Positions 7,656-17,483 of a stretch of DNA of 64,000 nucleotides are shown here, piece after piece. The stretch is from contig JAGVPG010000034.1 in assembly GCA_020052375.1 (NCBI GenBank), positions 7,660 through 71,659 on the forward strand, in the 5' to 3' direction. Made by a program: the position numbers and the translations under genes. This stretch comes from Actinomycetota bacterium. Lineage in GTDB: Bacteria; Actinomycetota; JAHEXW01; JAGVPG01. Each line of letters opens with the position of its first letter. Position 1 is the first letter of the stretch. The notes beneath the pieces were generated by a model, which was not told the origin of the DNA, searched no databases, and was given only the letters and a program-made list of their open reading frames with translations.

Positions 7656-9671
7656 TTGGTATACCTCGGCAATGTCGTTCTCATCGCCGCCGTGCTGGCC
7701 GCGATCGGCGTACTCGCCTTCTTTGTGATCCGCTTAAAAAGCGACTATTATAAGCCCGATGATCTGAAAGCTCCGTATCAGTCCCTGTATGTCCTGTTCG
7801 GGCTGATCTCGCTGGCCACCCTGGTTCTTCTCTACGGATTCATAACCAACGATTATAACTTCGATTATGTAGTAAAGAACTCCAGTTCGGATATGATCAT
7901 CTGGTACCGTATGAGCGCCTTATGGGCCGGGCACGAGGGCTCTTTCCTTTTCTGGATCTGGTTGCTGTCCGGATTCACAGCCATCCTCGCGTTCACAAGA
8001 AGCAAGACCTGCGACAAACTGACATCTTACGCGCTCGGCATCCTTTCAGGGATCCAGCTGTTCTTCCTGGCGTTTCTGATGATCGCGACCAATCCGTTCG
8101 TCGTGAACCCGACCAACTTCGGCATCGGAGAGGGTATAAACCCGCTGCTTCTTCACTGGGCGATGATCATCCACCCGCCTACCCTTTTCATCGGGTACGC
8201 GGGTATGACGATACCTTTTGCTTATGCTATCGCCGCTTTGATGAACCGGGACACTTCGGCAGAATGGGTCGATCGGGCATATAAATGGACTCTTTTTGCC
8301 TGGTTGTTCCTAAGTATCGGTATCTTGCTGGGTTCCGTATGGGCGTATGTCGTCCTCGGTTGGGGCGGTTACTGGGGATGGGATCCGGTGGAGAACGCGT
8401 CGCTCCTGCCGTGGCTCGGAGGAGTCGCTTTACTTCACTCATTCCATATATACAGACAGAGAAAAAGCTTCAAGCACTGGGCGCTCTCGATGAGCGTCTT
8501 TTCATTCCTTATGGTCATAATCGCCGCGTTCATAACCCGCGGAGGCATAATCCAGTCGGTCCACGCGTTCGAACGGAACACGACGGTCGTCGGGTTCTTC
8601 GTGACCGTGATCATCGCCATCATAGCGAGCAGTATCTATCTGATCTCCACGAGATGGCAGATATATGCAAGTGAACACGAGTTCACGTCCCTGTTCTCGC
8701 GGGATATCATGTACCACTTCAACAACATATTCATGGTGTTCGGCGCCACGATCATACTGATCGGCGCGTTTCTGCCACTGTTCGCCGGCGGCATGAGCAT
8801 CGGCCCGGCCGTGTATAACCGGATAGCCCAGCCTCTCGGCATCATCCTTCTTTTCATAATATCGATATGCGCGCTGATCCCGTTCGGGAAGACGGATATG
8901 ACGGAGTTCGCCAAGCGCATGGCTGCGCCGGTGGGCGCGGTCGTACTGGCGGCCTTCCCTCTGTTTCTATACTGGCAAAGCTTGAATAAGCTGATAACCG
9001 ATGTAAATCCGAAAGCGAGCCCGCCGGGAGCCGGTTGGCTGGGGTATGTCGGCCTTCTGGTCGCGGCTTTCGGAGTGGTGGCCGTCATCGAGGCCATCAT
9101 CCTTAAGATAGCGACCAGGATGAAGGCGTCGGAACAGGGATTGCTTTCCGCTATCGTCGGGTATTTCAGGACGCAGGGCGGTGCGGCCGGCGGTTTTATC
9201 GCGCACTTCGGCATGGCCGTCATAGTCGCCGGTCTGGTCGGTTCGACGTTATACACGGCATCGGTCAAGAAGACCATCCCCGATAAGACCGGGGCGACCA
9301 TCACCGTGGCCGATTTCCAGCTGAGGTACAAGGGCTCGAAATCCGAGACCTCCGCGACGCAGGAGAAATTCCGGACCTCTTTCGATGTCCTCGAGAAATC
9401 TTCGGGCAAAGTCATCGGGCAGATCGCCCCGCGGATGGTCTTCCATAAGGATAAAGAGACTACGACCAGCGAGGTCGACATAGTCTATCAACCGCAGCGG
9501 GACATCTTTGTCGTGTTGAGAGCAATCGACGAAAAAGGCGCCATGAACTTCGAGATCAAAGTCAACCCGCTTATATCGTTTGTCTGGGCCGGCTCCATCA
9601 TGCTGGTCCTGGGGACCATCATCGCTTACTGGCCCAGGCGAAAGAAAAGTCCTCAAAATGAACCAGGATAA
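7656..9671 (+). CDS. ccmF: Cytochrome c-type biogenesis protein CcmF
   Basis: 671-aa polytopic protein with the WWD domain WGGYWGWDPVENASLLPW. A TTG start follows the AAGGAGAAG RBS. Confidence 0.9.
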   Translation: MVYLGNVVLIAAVLAAIGVLAFFVIRLKSDYYKPDDLKAPYQSLYVLFGLISLATLVLLYGFITNDYNFDYVVKNSSSDMIIWYRMSALWAGHEGSFLFWIWLLSGFTAILAFTRSKTCDKLTSYALGILSGIQLFFLAFLMIATNPFVVNPTNFGIGEGINPLLLHWAMIIHPPTLFIGYAGMTIPFAYAIAALMNRDTSAEWVDRAYKWTLFAWLFLSIGILLGSVWAYVVLGWGGYWGWDPVENASLLPWLGGVALLHSFHIYRQRKSFKHWALSMSVFSFLMVIIAAFITRGGIIQSVHAFERNTTVVGFFVTVIIAIIASSIYLISTRWQIYASEHEFTSLFSRDIMYHFNNIFMVFGATIILIGAFLPLFAGGMSIGPAVYNRIAQPLGIILLFIISICALIPFGKTDMTEFAKRMAAPVGAVVLAAFPLFLYWQSLNKLITDVNPKASPPGAGWLGYVGLLVAAFGVVAVIEAIILKIATRMKASEQGLLSAIVGYFRTQGGAAGGFIAHFGMAVIVAGLVGSTLYTASVKKTIPDKTGATITVADFQLRYKGSKSETSATQEKFRTSFDVLEKSSGKVIGQIAPRMVFHKDKETTTSEVDIVYQPQRDIFVVLRAIDEKGAMNFEIKVNPLISFVWAGSIMLVLGTIIAYWPRRKKSPQNEPG

Positions 9672-10389
9672 GCTTGCGCTGGATGTCCGGTCCGTCAGTA
9701 AGATGTTCGGCCGCAGGCAGATACTCACAGACATATCATTCACCTTAAAGACAGGCGAATTCCTTTTGATAGTCGGCCCGAACGGCGCCGGAAAGACTAC
9801 CCTATTAAAGATATTGGCCACGCTCCTTTCCCCCGGTTCCGGAGACGCTTTTGTGTCCGGTTTCTCGGTCAAGAAGAACCCGACAAAAGTGCGGGAAAGG
9901 ATCGGCTTCATATCCCACAATCATCTCCTGTATCGAGACCTCACGACCTATGAGAACCTGAAGTTCTACGGTGAGATGTACGGGGTGAAGGACCTAGACG
10001 CCCGGATAGACGAACTTCTGAATATGGTCGAGTTGAATCACCGCAGATACGACACGGTGCGGAACTTCTCGCGGGGCATGTTCCAGCGGCTGGCCATCGC
10101 CCGGGCGCTTTTGCATAAGCCGGAGATCATGTTCCTGGATGAGCCGCATACAGGGCTGGATCCGCACGCCGTCGACATCCTCGACGGGATGATGCGGGAT
10201 ATGTCGAGCACGACCACGTTCGTGATGGTGACTCACCACATCGAAAGCACACTCTCGCTCGGCACTCAAGCACTGATACTCGACGAGGGTAAGATACAGT
10301 ATTGTTCCGACACCGGCATCGATCTGGAAAGGTTCAGGTCGATCTACGGCAAGGTCTGCGGACGGGGGATCGAACATGACTGCGATTAG
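9658..10389 (+). CDS. ccmA: Heme exporter ABC ATPase CcmA
   Basis: Walker A GPNGAGKTT, signature FSRGMFQRL and Walker B IMFLDEP are present. The start is called at ATG 9658 (MNQDKL...), overlapping the ccmF end; the track ORF starts upstream at 9580. Confidence 0.8.
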   Translation: MNQDKLALDVRSVSKMFGRRQILTDISFTLKTGEFLLIVGPNGAGKTTLLKILATLLSPGSGDAFVSGFSVKKNPTKVRERIGFISHNHLLYRDLTTYENLKFYGEMYGVKDLDARIDELLNMVELNHRRYDTVRNFSRGMFQRLAIARALLHKPEIMFLDEPHTGLDPHAVDILDGMMRDMSSTTTFVMVTHHIESTLSLGTQALILDEGKIQYCSDTGIDLERFRSIYGKVCGRGIEHDCD

Positions 10390-11059
10390 GCAAGGATGGG
10401 CGATCCTAAGAAAAGACCTGCTCCTCGAGATGCGGAGCAAAGAGGTCTTTACGTCCCAGTTCCTTTTTGTCGTAATGGCCATGGTCATCTTCTACTTCGC
10501 CTTCTCACCCAACATCAAGAACCTGACTACGGTCGGCGCCGGCATGCTGTGGGTCGCGATCACATTCACTTCGCTATTGGGGCTGAACCGCTCGTTCGTC
10601 CATGAGAAGGACGAGGAATGCCTGGACGGGCTGCTTCTTTGCCCGGTCGACCGGGCGACCATATTCGCGGCCAAGTTCATAGGCAACTTCTTCTTCTTAA
10701 CGACTCTCGAAGTGATAGCCGTTCCGATCTTCGCGTTCTTCTTCCTGACCGGGACGTTCCTACCGAACCTCGGCTGGTTCTTGCTTATACTTTTGCTGGG
10801 CAATGTCGGCATTTGCGGCGTCGGTACGCTTCTCGCGACCATCTCGATGAACACCCGGGCAAGAGACCTGCTTTTACCAGTGCTTTTCTTACCCGTCATG
10901 GTACCTGTGATCATCCCGATGGTACTGGCGACCAACTATATTTTCACGCAGGGCGAGTCCATGTCTGAACTGTCTGTTTGGCTATATACGATGGCGATTT
11001 TTGATATAATGTACGTCGTGGCCGGGTATGTGCTGTATGACTTCGTGATAGGAGACTGA
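10376..11059 (+). CDS. ccmB: Heme exporter protein CcmB
   Basis: A 227-aa six-TM protein directly after ccmA with overlapping start and stop. The organisation is typical of CcmB. Confidence 0.75.
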   Translation: MTAIRQGWAILRKDLLLEMRSKEVFTSQFLFVVMAMVIFYFAFSPNIKNLTTVGAGMLWVAITFTSLLGLNRSFVHEKDEECLDGLLLCPVDRATIFAAKFIGNFFFLTTLEVIAVPIFAFFFLTGTFLPNLGWFLLILLLGNVGICGVGTLLATISMNTRARDLLLPVLFLPVMVPVIIPMVLATNYIFTQGESMSELSVWLYTMAIFDIMYVVAGYVLYDFVIGD

Positions 11060-11751
11060 TGAAAAAGGGTGTTGTGTGGGTACTGGGAGCGATCTCGGTT
11101 GTTGCGCTGGCGGTGTCGTTATACTGGATATTCGTCGTGCTGCCGATCGTGTCCAGGGAACAGACCGGTTTCAGCCAGAAGATATTCTATTTCCATATGC
11201 CGGCCGCCATCATCTCGTTCGTCGCCTTCATGGTGACCTTCATCGCTAGCATACTTTTCCTGGCCAAGAAGGATTTCAAATACGACATCCTGGCTTATAG
11301 TTCAGCGGAGATCGGCCTGGTCTTCGGTGTCGTCCTGATGATATTCGGAATCACCTGGGACAAACTGGCATGGGGCGTGTGGTGGACCTGGGACCCGCGC
11401 CTGGTCACATACCTGATCCTCCTGTTCCTTTTCGGCGCGTATTTCTTCTTGCGTTCGATGGTGTCCGAACGGATGAAGCAGGCCAGGTTCGCGGCGGTGT
11501 TCGGTATCATCGCGGCGCTCGACGTGCCCGTCTCGTTCTTCTCGACACGCTTGATAAAGAACGTGCTGCACCCGGTGATATTCTCACGCGAGGGTTTCGG
11601 GCTGGATATGAACATGACCATAGCGCTGCTGCTGGCGTTCGCCGGCATGACAGCTTTGTATGTATTGATGCTGATGCTCAAACTGAAGGTCGAGCACATG
11701 ATGGAAGACGTACATGTCTTGAAAGACATGATCGAATCGAGGAGGGATTAG
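11059..11751 (+). CDS. ccmC: Heme exporter protein CcmC
   Basis: The WWD motif WGVWWTWDPRLV is present; 230 aa and polytopic. Confidence 0.85.
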   Translation: MKKGVVWVLGAISVVALAVSLYWIFVVLPIVSREQTGFSQKIFYFHMPAAIISFVAFMVTFIASILFLAKKDFKYDILAYSSAEIGLVFGVVLMIFGITWDKLAWGVWWTWDPRLVTYLILLFLFGAYFFLRSMVSERMKQARFAAVFGIIAALDVPVSFFSTRLIKNVLHPVIFSREGFGLDMNMTIALLLAFAGMTALYVLMLMLKLKVEHMMEDVHVLKDMIESRRD

Positions 11752-11754
11752 AGC

Positions 11755-11904
11755 GTGCCTGATATAGAGATGGCTCCGTATGTCTTGGCGGCTTATGTTC
11801 TGGGCTGGGCCGTCCTGGTCGGATACTGTGTCTACCTTGCGGCGAAGATGTCGAAGATCGGCAAGGAAGTAGATCACCTGAAAGAACTTCTTAAGAAGGA
11901 ATAA
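11755..11904 (+). CDS. ccmD: CcmD-like small single-TM protein (not in the ORF track because it is under 60 aa)
   Basis: GTG 11755 sits 9 nt after a GGAGGG RBS. The product MPDIEMAPYVLAAYVLGWAVLVGYCVYLAAKMSKIGKEVDHLKELLKKE is one TM helix plus a charged tail, directly after ccmC. This is a hand-translated call. Confidence 0.5.
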   Translation: MPDIEMAPYVLAAYVLGWAVLVGYCVYLAAKMSKIGKEVDHLKELLKKE

Positions 11905-11925
11905 TAAAAGCTTAAGGCGGCTTGC

Positions 11926-12783
11926 TTGAACACATATATCACCATCGCCTTCTGGCTGGCCATACTGACGACGGCGGTCAGCGGGCTCCTGTATATCAGA
12001 AACTTCTTCACCGTCTCCGAAAGCGAGCGCATCAATGCCCTAGCGAGTGATTTCGCTGTCGCAAGTTTCGTCTTGATGTGCGTGTCGCTTATTCTACAGT
12101 GGTCGTATCTCGGAGTCAGCGAATTCGGCATCCCCTTTATAACACGGGCGGTCTATGTCATCTCGCTGTTGGGCGCTTATCTCCTGGTCGAGTCCCTGTA
12201 TTCATCTCGGTCGGCGAAGGTGAAGGTCGTCGGGATGTTCGTCATGCCGTTCGCTCTTGTACTGGAGTTCTATGCCTGGGCAGGTTACCGCCTGGAACAC
12301 GGGATCACCCCGGCGCTTCAAAGCGGATGGGTGGTGCTCCACGTGATATTCGCCATCATCTCGTATGGTGCTTTCACCATAGCTTTAGTCATGGCGGTAC
12401 TGCATATAGTCGAGGAGAGACGCCTCAAGAACAAGTTATCGCTTGCGAAAACGTTTAAGAAGTTTCCGTCCCTGGAGACCCTGGACAGTCTGGCATATAA
12501 GTCTGTATCCGTTGGATTTCTATTTCTTACACTCGTCATAATCGCCGGGACCGTAAGGGCGCAGATGCTGCCCGCTTGGCAGAAGTTCTATCTTGACCCG
12601 AAGATCATATCCGCTGGCGTGACCTGGGTCCTGTTCGGCATCTATATGCTGGCCCGGCTGGCGCTGGGCTGGAGAGGGCGGCGGGCCAACATGCTGATAA
12701 TCGCAGGCTACTCGCTGGCCATCTTTACATACCTGGTAAATTACATACTGCCTACTATCCATCAATACGGGCGAGGTTTTTAA
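11926..12783 (+). CDS. Cytochrome c assembly protein, CcsA/HemX family
   Basis: A 285-aa polytopic protein; the HVIFAIISYGAFTIALVMAVLHIVEER region resembles the CcsA/ResC C-terminal core. It sits immediately upstream of hemA, as hemX does in hemAXCDBL operons. TTG start. Confidence 0.65.
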   Translation: MNTYITIAFWLAILTTAVSGLLYIRNFFTVSESERINALASDFAVASFVLMCVSLILQWSYLGVSEFGIPFITRAVYVISLLGAYLLVESLYSSRSAKVKVVGMFVMPFALVLEFYAWAGYRLEHGITPALQSGWVVLHVIFAIISYGAFTIALVMAVLHIVEERRLKNKLSLAKTFKKFPSLETLDSLAYKSVSVGFLFLTLVIIAGTVRAQMLPAWQKFYLDPKIISAGVTWVLFGIYMLARLALGWRGRRANMLIIAGYSLAIFTYLVNYILPTIHQYGRGF

Positions 12784-12799
12784 AGGGTGGCTAGCTAGA

Positions 12800-14104
12800 A
12801 TGCACATACTGGTCACCGGATTGAGTCATAAGACAGCCCCCATCGAGATACGCGAGAAGATGGCCTTCCCCATCGAATCCCAGGAGTCGGCGCTGGAAGA
12901 GCTTATAAAATCACGTTTTATAAGCGAAGGCGTCATCCTTTCGACATGCAACCGGACGGAAGTCTACACGGCGGTCACCGACCCGGATCGGGCCGCTGAT
13001 GATGTAGTCGCCTTCTTGTGCGATTTCTGCGGCATAAAAAAAGTCGACTTGAACAGGCATCTTTATTCGTACGCGCGTGAGCGCTCCATCCATCACCTGT
13101 TTCGCGTAGTCTCATCGCTCGATTCGATGGTACTGGGCGAGGCGCAGATCTTAGGCCAGGTCAAAGAGGCCTATACGACAGCACTCGAGAGGGGAGCCAC
13201 TAGCGTCATCTTAAACAAGTTATTCACAAACGCCCTGCGGGTCGGCAAAAGAGCGCGGACGGAGACGGCGATAGGCGAAAGCGCGGTGTCCGTCAGCAGC
13301 GTAGCTGTCGAGCTGGCCAAGAACGTCTTCGAGGATTTGAGAGGACGAGTGGTAATGATCGTCGGGGCGGGAGAGATGAGCGAGCTTACGGCACAGTCAT
13401 TGAGGGACAGCGGCGTGACTTCGTTCCTGGTGGCCAACCGGACTTATGAAAAAGCCGTCGATTTCTCGCAGCGGTTCAAAGCGGAACCGGTCAGGTTCGA
13501 AGACCTCCATGCATACATGATAAGAGCGGATATAGTCATATCATCGACCGGCGCGCAAGAAGCGGTCATCACCAGGTCCGGCATGCACAAGATCATGCAG
13601 GAGCGGCGGCACTCGCCGATATTCCTGATCGACATAGCCGTCCCGCGGGACGTAGAACCGGACGCCGGCGATGTACAGAACGTCTTTCTATATAACATCG
13701 ACGACCTTAAGGCCGTAGTGGATGCCAACTTAAGCGAAAGGCAGACCGAAGCTGAGAAGGTCGAGGTGCTGATCCTGGAAGAGATCGAGGATTTCACCGA
13801 ATGGCTATCTTCTCTGGATGTCGTGCCGACTATCGCAGAGCTGAAAGAGATGGCCGAATCGATCAGGAACGAGGAAGTCGAGAAGGTGTTGAACAAGCTC
13901 GGCGACCTGTCGGATAAGGATAAGAACGAGATCGGCGCCATGGCGAAGGTCATCTTGTCGAAGATGCTCCACGAGCCGGTGATACGGCTGAAAGCCAAGG
14001 GCGAGGATAAAGACCAGTATCTTTATGTTGAGACGCTGCGCTACCTGTTCGGCCTGGAAAAAGGCAATCCAGATGACGATATGAAAAAAAGGAAGAGAAG
14101 ATGA
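12800..14104 (+). CDS. hemA: Glutamyl-tRNA reductase HemA
   Basis: MHILVTGLSHKTAPIEIREK...STCNRTEVY is the HemA N-terminal and active-site Cys region; the NADP-binding GAGEM motif is also present. Confidence 0.92.
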   Translation: MHILVTGLSHKTAPIEIREKMAFPIESQESALEELIKSRFISEGVILSTCNRTEVYTAVTDPDRAADDVVAFLCDFCGIKKVDLNRHLYSYARERSIHHLFRVVSSLDSMVLGEAQILGQVKEAYTTALERGATSVILNKLFTNALRVGKRARTETAIGESAVSVSSVAVELAKNVFEDLRGRVVMIVGAGEMSELTAQSLRDSGVTSFLVANRTYEKAVDFSQRFKAEPVRFEDLHAYMIRADIVISSTGAQEAVITRSGMHKIMQERRHSPIFLIDIAVPRDVEPDAGDVQNVFLYNIDDLKAVVDANLSERQTEAEKVEVLILEEIEDFTEWLSSLDVVPTIAELKEMAESIRNEEVEKVLNKLGDLSDKDKNEIGAMAKVILSKMLHEPVIRLKAKGEDKDQYLYVETLRYLFGLEKGNPDDDMKKRKRR

Positions 14105-15036
14105 GGGTAAGCCTGACGATCGGAACGCGCGGCAGCCAGCTCGCTTTATGGCAGGCGGAACTTGTCCGCTCGAGGATGATCGAAACATATGGCTGCGAAG
14201 TGGTACTAAAGAAGATAAAAACGACGGGCGACAAGATACTCGACTCTCCCCTGGCGAAGATCGGGGACACAGGGCTTTTCGTGAAAGAGATCGAGGTCGC
14301 TCTGGCCAAAGGTGAAGTGGATCTGGCCGTGCATTCAATGAAAGACCTGCCTACCGAACTGCTGCCGGAGCTCACGATCGGAGCGTACCTGAAACGCGAC
14401 AACCCGGCCGATGCCTTGATCTCTCGTGAAGGCCTTCTTTTGGTCGACCTCCCGGAAGGCGCGGTCATCGGGACAAGCAGTCTAAGGCGTAAAGCGCAGC
14501 TCATGGCATACCGCCCGGACTTCCGCTTCGTGGATATGAGGGGCAACGTCGATACCCGTTTGCGCAAGCTCGAGGAACAGAAGCTGGACGCGATCCTTCT
14601 TTCCGGCGCCGGGCTGACGCGCCTCGGCTGGGAAGATAAAATAACCGAAAGGCTGCCCGCGGAGGTCGTCGTTCCGGCAGTGGGACAGGGAGTCATAGCC
14701 GTTGAGATCAGGCGGGACGACGAAGAAATGATAGAACTGGCGGATCAGTTGAACGATGTAGAGACGGAATATTGCGTAGTCGCCGAACGCTCCTTCTCCC
14801 TGGCTATCGAGGGCGGATGTCAGATACCGATGGGGGCTCTGGCCATTCTGGATGGAGGAGTCTTAAGCTTAAGAGCGGTAGTGGCCAGTCTCGATGGAAA
14901 ACGGGTCGTTAAGGACCGGATAGAAGGCGATCCGTCCGAAGGTGATGAACTTGGAAGAAAGCTGGCTTCAAGAATGCTTGCAGCAGGCGCGGATAAAATA
15001 CTCGAGGAGATAAGATGCGAGACTACAGGAGAGTGA
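14101..15036 (+). CDS. hemC: Hydroxymethylbilane synthase (porphobilinogen deaminase) HemC
   Basis: IGTRGSQLALWQAELV...AVHSMKDLP are hallmark HemC motifs. Confidence 0.92.
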   Translation: MRVSLTIGTRGSQLALWQAELVRSRMIETYGCEVVLKKIKTTGDKILDSPLAKIGDTGLFVKEIEVALAKGEVDLAVHSMKDLPTELLPELTIGAYLKRDNPADALISREGLLLVDLPEGAVIGTSSLRRKAQLMAYRPDFRFVDMRGNVDTRLRKLEEQKLDAILLSGAGLTRLGWEDKITERLPAEVVVPAVGQGVIAVEIRRDDEEMIELADQLNDVETEYCVVAERSFSLAIEGGCQIPMGALAILDGGVLSLRAVVASLDGKRVVKDRIEGDPSEGDELGRKLASRMLAAGADKILEEIRCETTGE

Positions 15037-15043
15037 TCTAGAC

Positions 15044-16579
15044 TTGCCGGGCAAAGTGTACTTCGTCGGAGCGGGACCGGGAGACCATAACCTGATCACC
15101 AGCAAAGGACTTGATCTGGTGAGGAAGGCGGATGTGATAATAGCGGACCGGCTCGTCTCCAACAAGCTTCTGGCCGAAGCGCGTGAAGACGCGGAGATCC
15201 TTTTAAGCGAATCGGTCGAAGGCACCGACAAATACGATTTCGAGGGTACGGCCGTAAAGATCATCGGGCAAGCGAAGGAAAACAAGCTGGTGGTCCGCTT
15301 GAGAAATGGCGATCCCTTGATGTTCAGCCGCGGCGGCGAGGAAGCCGTCCGGCTGGCGGACGAAGGAATACCGTTCGAGATAGTGCCGGGAGTCACTGCG
15401 GCCGCCGCCGTCCCGTCCTACGCCGGCATACCGACGACACAAAAAGGGTATACGGACAGTGTGCGGATCATGTCCGGCCAGGGCGATCCCGAGCGCATCG
15501 CGCAATATGCCTGGGAAGACATCGCTCGCGGCAGCGACACACTTATTTTTCTAGCCGCACCCGAGAACTTGCCGGTCATCGTCGAACATCTTTTAAAAGG
15601 CGGAAAAGACCCTGAGACACCGGCGGCCCTCATCAAATGGGGCACGCTTCCCAAACAGCAGACGTTCACAGCTATGCTGGGCAATCTTATCCGGGAAGCG
15701 CCGCAGGAGATCATAGACTATCCTCTGATCCTTGTTGTCGGTAAAGTAGTCGAACTCCGCGAGAAGCTTAACTGGTTCGAAAAGAAACCGCTCTTCGGCA
15801 GGCAGATAATAATAACAAGGTCCAAGGACCAGTCGGCCGGCTTCACAAAACGGCTGGAGATGCTGGGCGCGGACGTCGTCGAGATCCCGACGATCAAGAC
15901 TGTGCCTGTGGACGACTACAGCAGACTTGACGCGGCCATCCAGAACATGAGCCGTGATGAACAGAGAAAAGCCCACTACGACTGGATCATATTCACCAGC
16001 GCCAACGGTGTCGACTACTTTATGGACCGGCTTCACGAGCAAGGAAAAGACTTCCGTGTTCTGTCGGGCGCCCTTCTGGCGGCCGTAGGACCGGCAACCG
16101 CCCAGAGATTAAGAGACCTGGGCCTGATGGTCGATTTCATCCCCAAGGATTTTGTGGCGGAAGGCCTGATCGCTTACTTCCTGACGACCGACATGCACGG
16201 CAGACGTGTCCTCCTGCCGACCGCGAAAGTGACCAGAGACGTTCTTCAGTCGGAGCTACTGACGATGGGCGCTGAAGTGGAACAGGTGCCTTGCTATGAG
16301 ACGATCCCGGATACATCCCGGCTGGAGATTCTCCGTAAGGTACTGGCAGATTCCCGGTTGGACGTCGTCACCTTCACAAGTTCATCTACAGTCAAGAACT
16401 TCATGAAGATGCTTGATGATAACGGCCTGAACGGCGCCATTTCTAATATCAAGATAGTCTGCATCGGTCCGGTAACAGCCAAAACGGCGCAAGAGCTGGG
16501 CCTCGAAGTCGACGCCGTCGCGGAGAAATCAACAATTCCCGGCCTGGTCGACGCCGTTACGCGAGCCCTCGGCTTATAG
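15044..16579 (+). CDS. cobA: Fused uroporphyrinogen-III C-methyltransferase / uroporphyrinogen-III synthase (CobA-HemD)
   Basis: The N-terminal VYFVGAGPGDHNLIT...PLMFSRGGEE is a SUMT domain (~250 aa). The C-terminal ~250 aa is HemD-like (IIITRSKDQ...). TTG start. Confidence 0.85.
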   Translation: MPGKVYFVGAGPGDHNLITSKGLDLVRKADVIIADRLVSNKLLAEAREDAEILLSESVEGTDKYDFEGTAVKIIGQAKENKLVVRLRNGDPLMFSRGGEEAVRLADEGIPFEIVPGVTAAAAVPSYAGIPTTQKGYTDSVRIMSGQGDPERIAQYAWEDIARGSDTLIFLAAPENLPVIVEHLLKGGKDPETPAALIKWGTLPKQQTFTAMLGNLIREAPQEIIDYPLILVVGKVVELREKLNWFEKKPLFGRQIIITRSKDQSAGFTKRLEMLGADVVEIPTIKTVPVDDYSRLDAAIQNMSRDEQRKAHYDWIIFTSANGVDYFMDRLHEQGKDFRVLSGALLAAVGPATAQRLRDLGLMVDFIPKDFVAEGLIAYFLTTDMHGRRVLLPTAKVTRDVLQSELLTMGAEVEQVPCYETIPDTSRLEILRKVLADSRLDVVTFTSSSTVKNFMKMLDDNGLNGAISNIKIVCIGPVTAKTAQELGLEVDAVAEKSTIPGLVDAVTRALGL

Positions 16580-16586
16580 ATGTTGC

Positions 16587-16661
16587 TGGTGGAGGTGGGG
16601 GGATTCGAACCCCCGACCTCTGCGATGCGAACGCAGCGCTCTCCCGCTGAGCTACACCCCC
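16587..16661 (-). tRNA. tRNA-Ala (anticodon CGC)
   Basis: The reverse complement folds by hand into a cloverleaf: acceptor GGGGGTG/CACCTCC with G3:U70, D-arm GCTC...GAGC, anticodon stem CTGCG/CGCAG, loop TTCGCAT and T-arm GGGGG-TTCGAAT-CCCCC. A CCA end is encoded. Confidence 0.8.
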
Positions 16662-16690
16662 ACAGATGATAATTCTAACATATGTATTCC

Positions 16691-16752
16691 CGTGTCGTTG
16701 CGAGGGAGCGAAGCGACCGAAGCAAACTACGCAAAAAGTGAGTGCTCCAACG
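16691..16752. repeat. Family C repeat CGTGTCGTTGCGAGG-(hairpin)-GAAGCAAACTACGCAAAAAGTGAGTGC, left copy
   Basis: Inverted copies lie at 44540-44612 and 47505-47587. A partial copy with a CCCCCGAAGGGGG hairpin lies at 16788-16830. Confidence 0.7.
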
Positions 16753-16994
16753 CACAGCATGTTTATGTAGCCGCCGACCCGACGACTCTGTCGTCGTTGC
16801 GAGCCCCCGAAGGGGGTGAAGCAATCTCATGCTCCTCTAAGAATTACCTCTCGTTTGACGAGGGAGGATTAAGGCGGGGTGGCTTCCTGTTTGAGGTTCC
16901 AAAATGGAACCTCAATAAGTCAATGCGCTCCCTTTCTATTCGCGTAGACTATAGTCTATAGTGGAACCATGAAAAACACCTTGACTGTAGGCAC

Positions 16995-17483
16995 ATGAAA
17001 CCTCTTGTCAGTATATTGCTCGTAGCCGGTTGCGGATTGTGGGTGTTTATCGGATGGCGTATAAATCCGGAAAAGACGCGGCTGGCCTTGAAGGAAGCGT
17101 TAAGGCAATTCATCCTCATCCTCCCGTTTCTTATCGCGGCGTTCATCCTCGTCGGGATCATCAAGGTCTTTCCTCCCAAGGAATATCTGCACTTTGACCT
17201 CAAGTCGGTTCGCGGCACCATCCTGGGATTGATCATTGCGGCGTTTGCCGGAAGCATCCTATCCGGACCGCCGGTTGCTGTGTACCCGCTGGCAAAGACG
17301 ATCCTCGCGAACGGCGCCGGAGTGGCGGGTGTTGCTACATTCATTCTCGCCTGGACCGCGGTCGGTACTGTGACACTGCCTCTGGAGATCAAGCTTTTCG
17401 GCACGAAGTTTGCGCTGACCAGATGGCTTGTCATGCTCGTGATATCAGTTGTCATCGGGCTTCTGATGGGGCTGATATTATGA
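16995..17483 (+). CDS. Predicted permease, N-terminal half (DUF318/ArsP-like split permease)
   Basis: A four-TM 162-aa protein whose GAGVAGVATFILAWTAVGTVTLPLEIKLFG region is paralogous to the following ORF. Such permeases usually exist as one ~300-aa protein. Confidence 0.45.
   Translation: MKPLVSILLVAGCGLWVFIGWRINPEKTRLALKEALRQFILILPFLIAAFILVGIIKVFPPKEYLHFDLKSVRGTILGLIIAAFAGSILSGPPVAVYPLAKTILANGAGVAGVATFILAWTAVGTVTLPLEIKLFGTKFALTRWLVMLVISVVIGLLMGLIL

Noticed and set aside
8636-9481. 281-aa minus-strand ORF inside ccmF and similar long antisense ORFs (13444-14696, 49719-50399, 57348-58175, 61959-62687)
   Set aside because: They are fully embedded antisense to confidently assigned genes in GC-rich DNA, where long spurious ORFs are expected. 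They have no motifs or start-site signals.
16587-16661. Classic tRNA 3'-end integration of the island with an adjacent integrase
   Set aside because: The tRNA-Ala is on the minus strand, so its 3' end faces the core hemD side, not the island. No integrase or recombinase gene is present in the window. The island is instead delimited by short repeats, so the mechanism is unclear.
16692-16961. 89-aa ORF immediately after the tRNA
   Set aside because: It overlaps the family C repeat copies and low-complexity hairpins. It has no RBS and no recognisable domain, and is probably non-coding repeat DNA.
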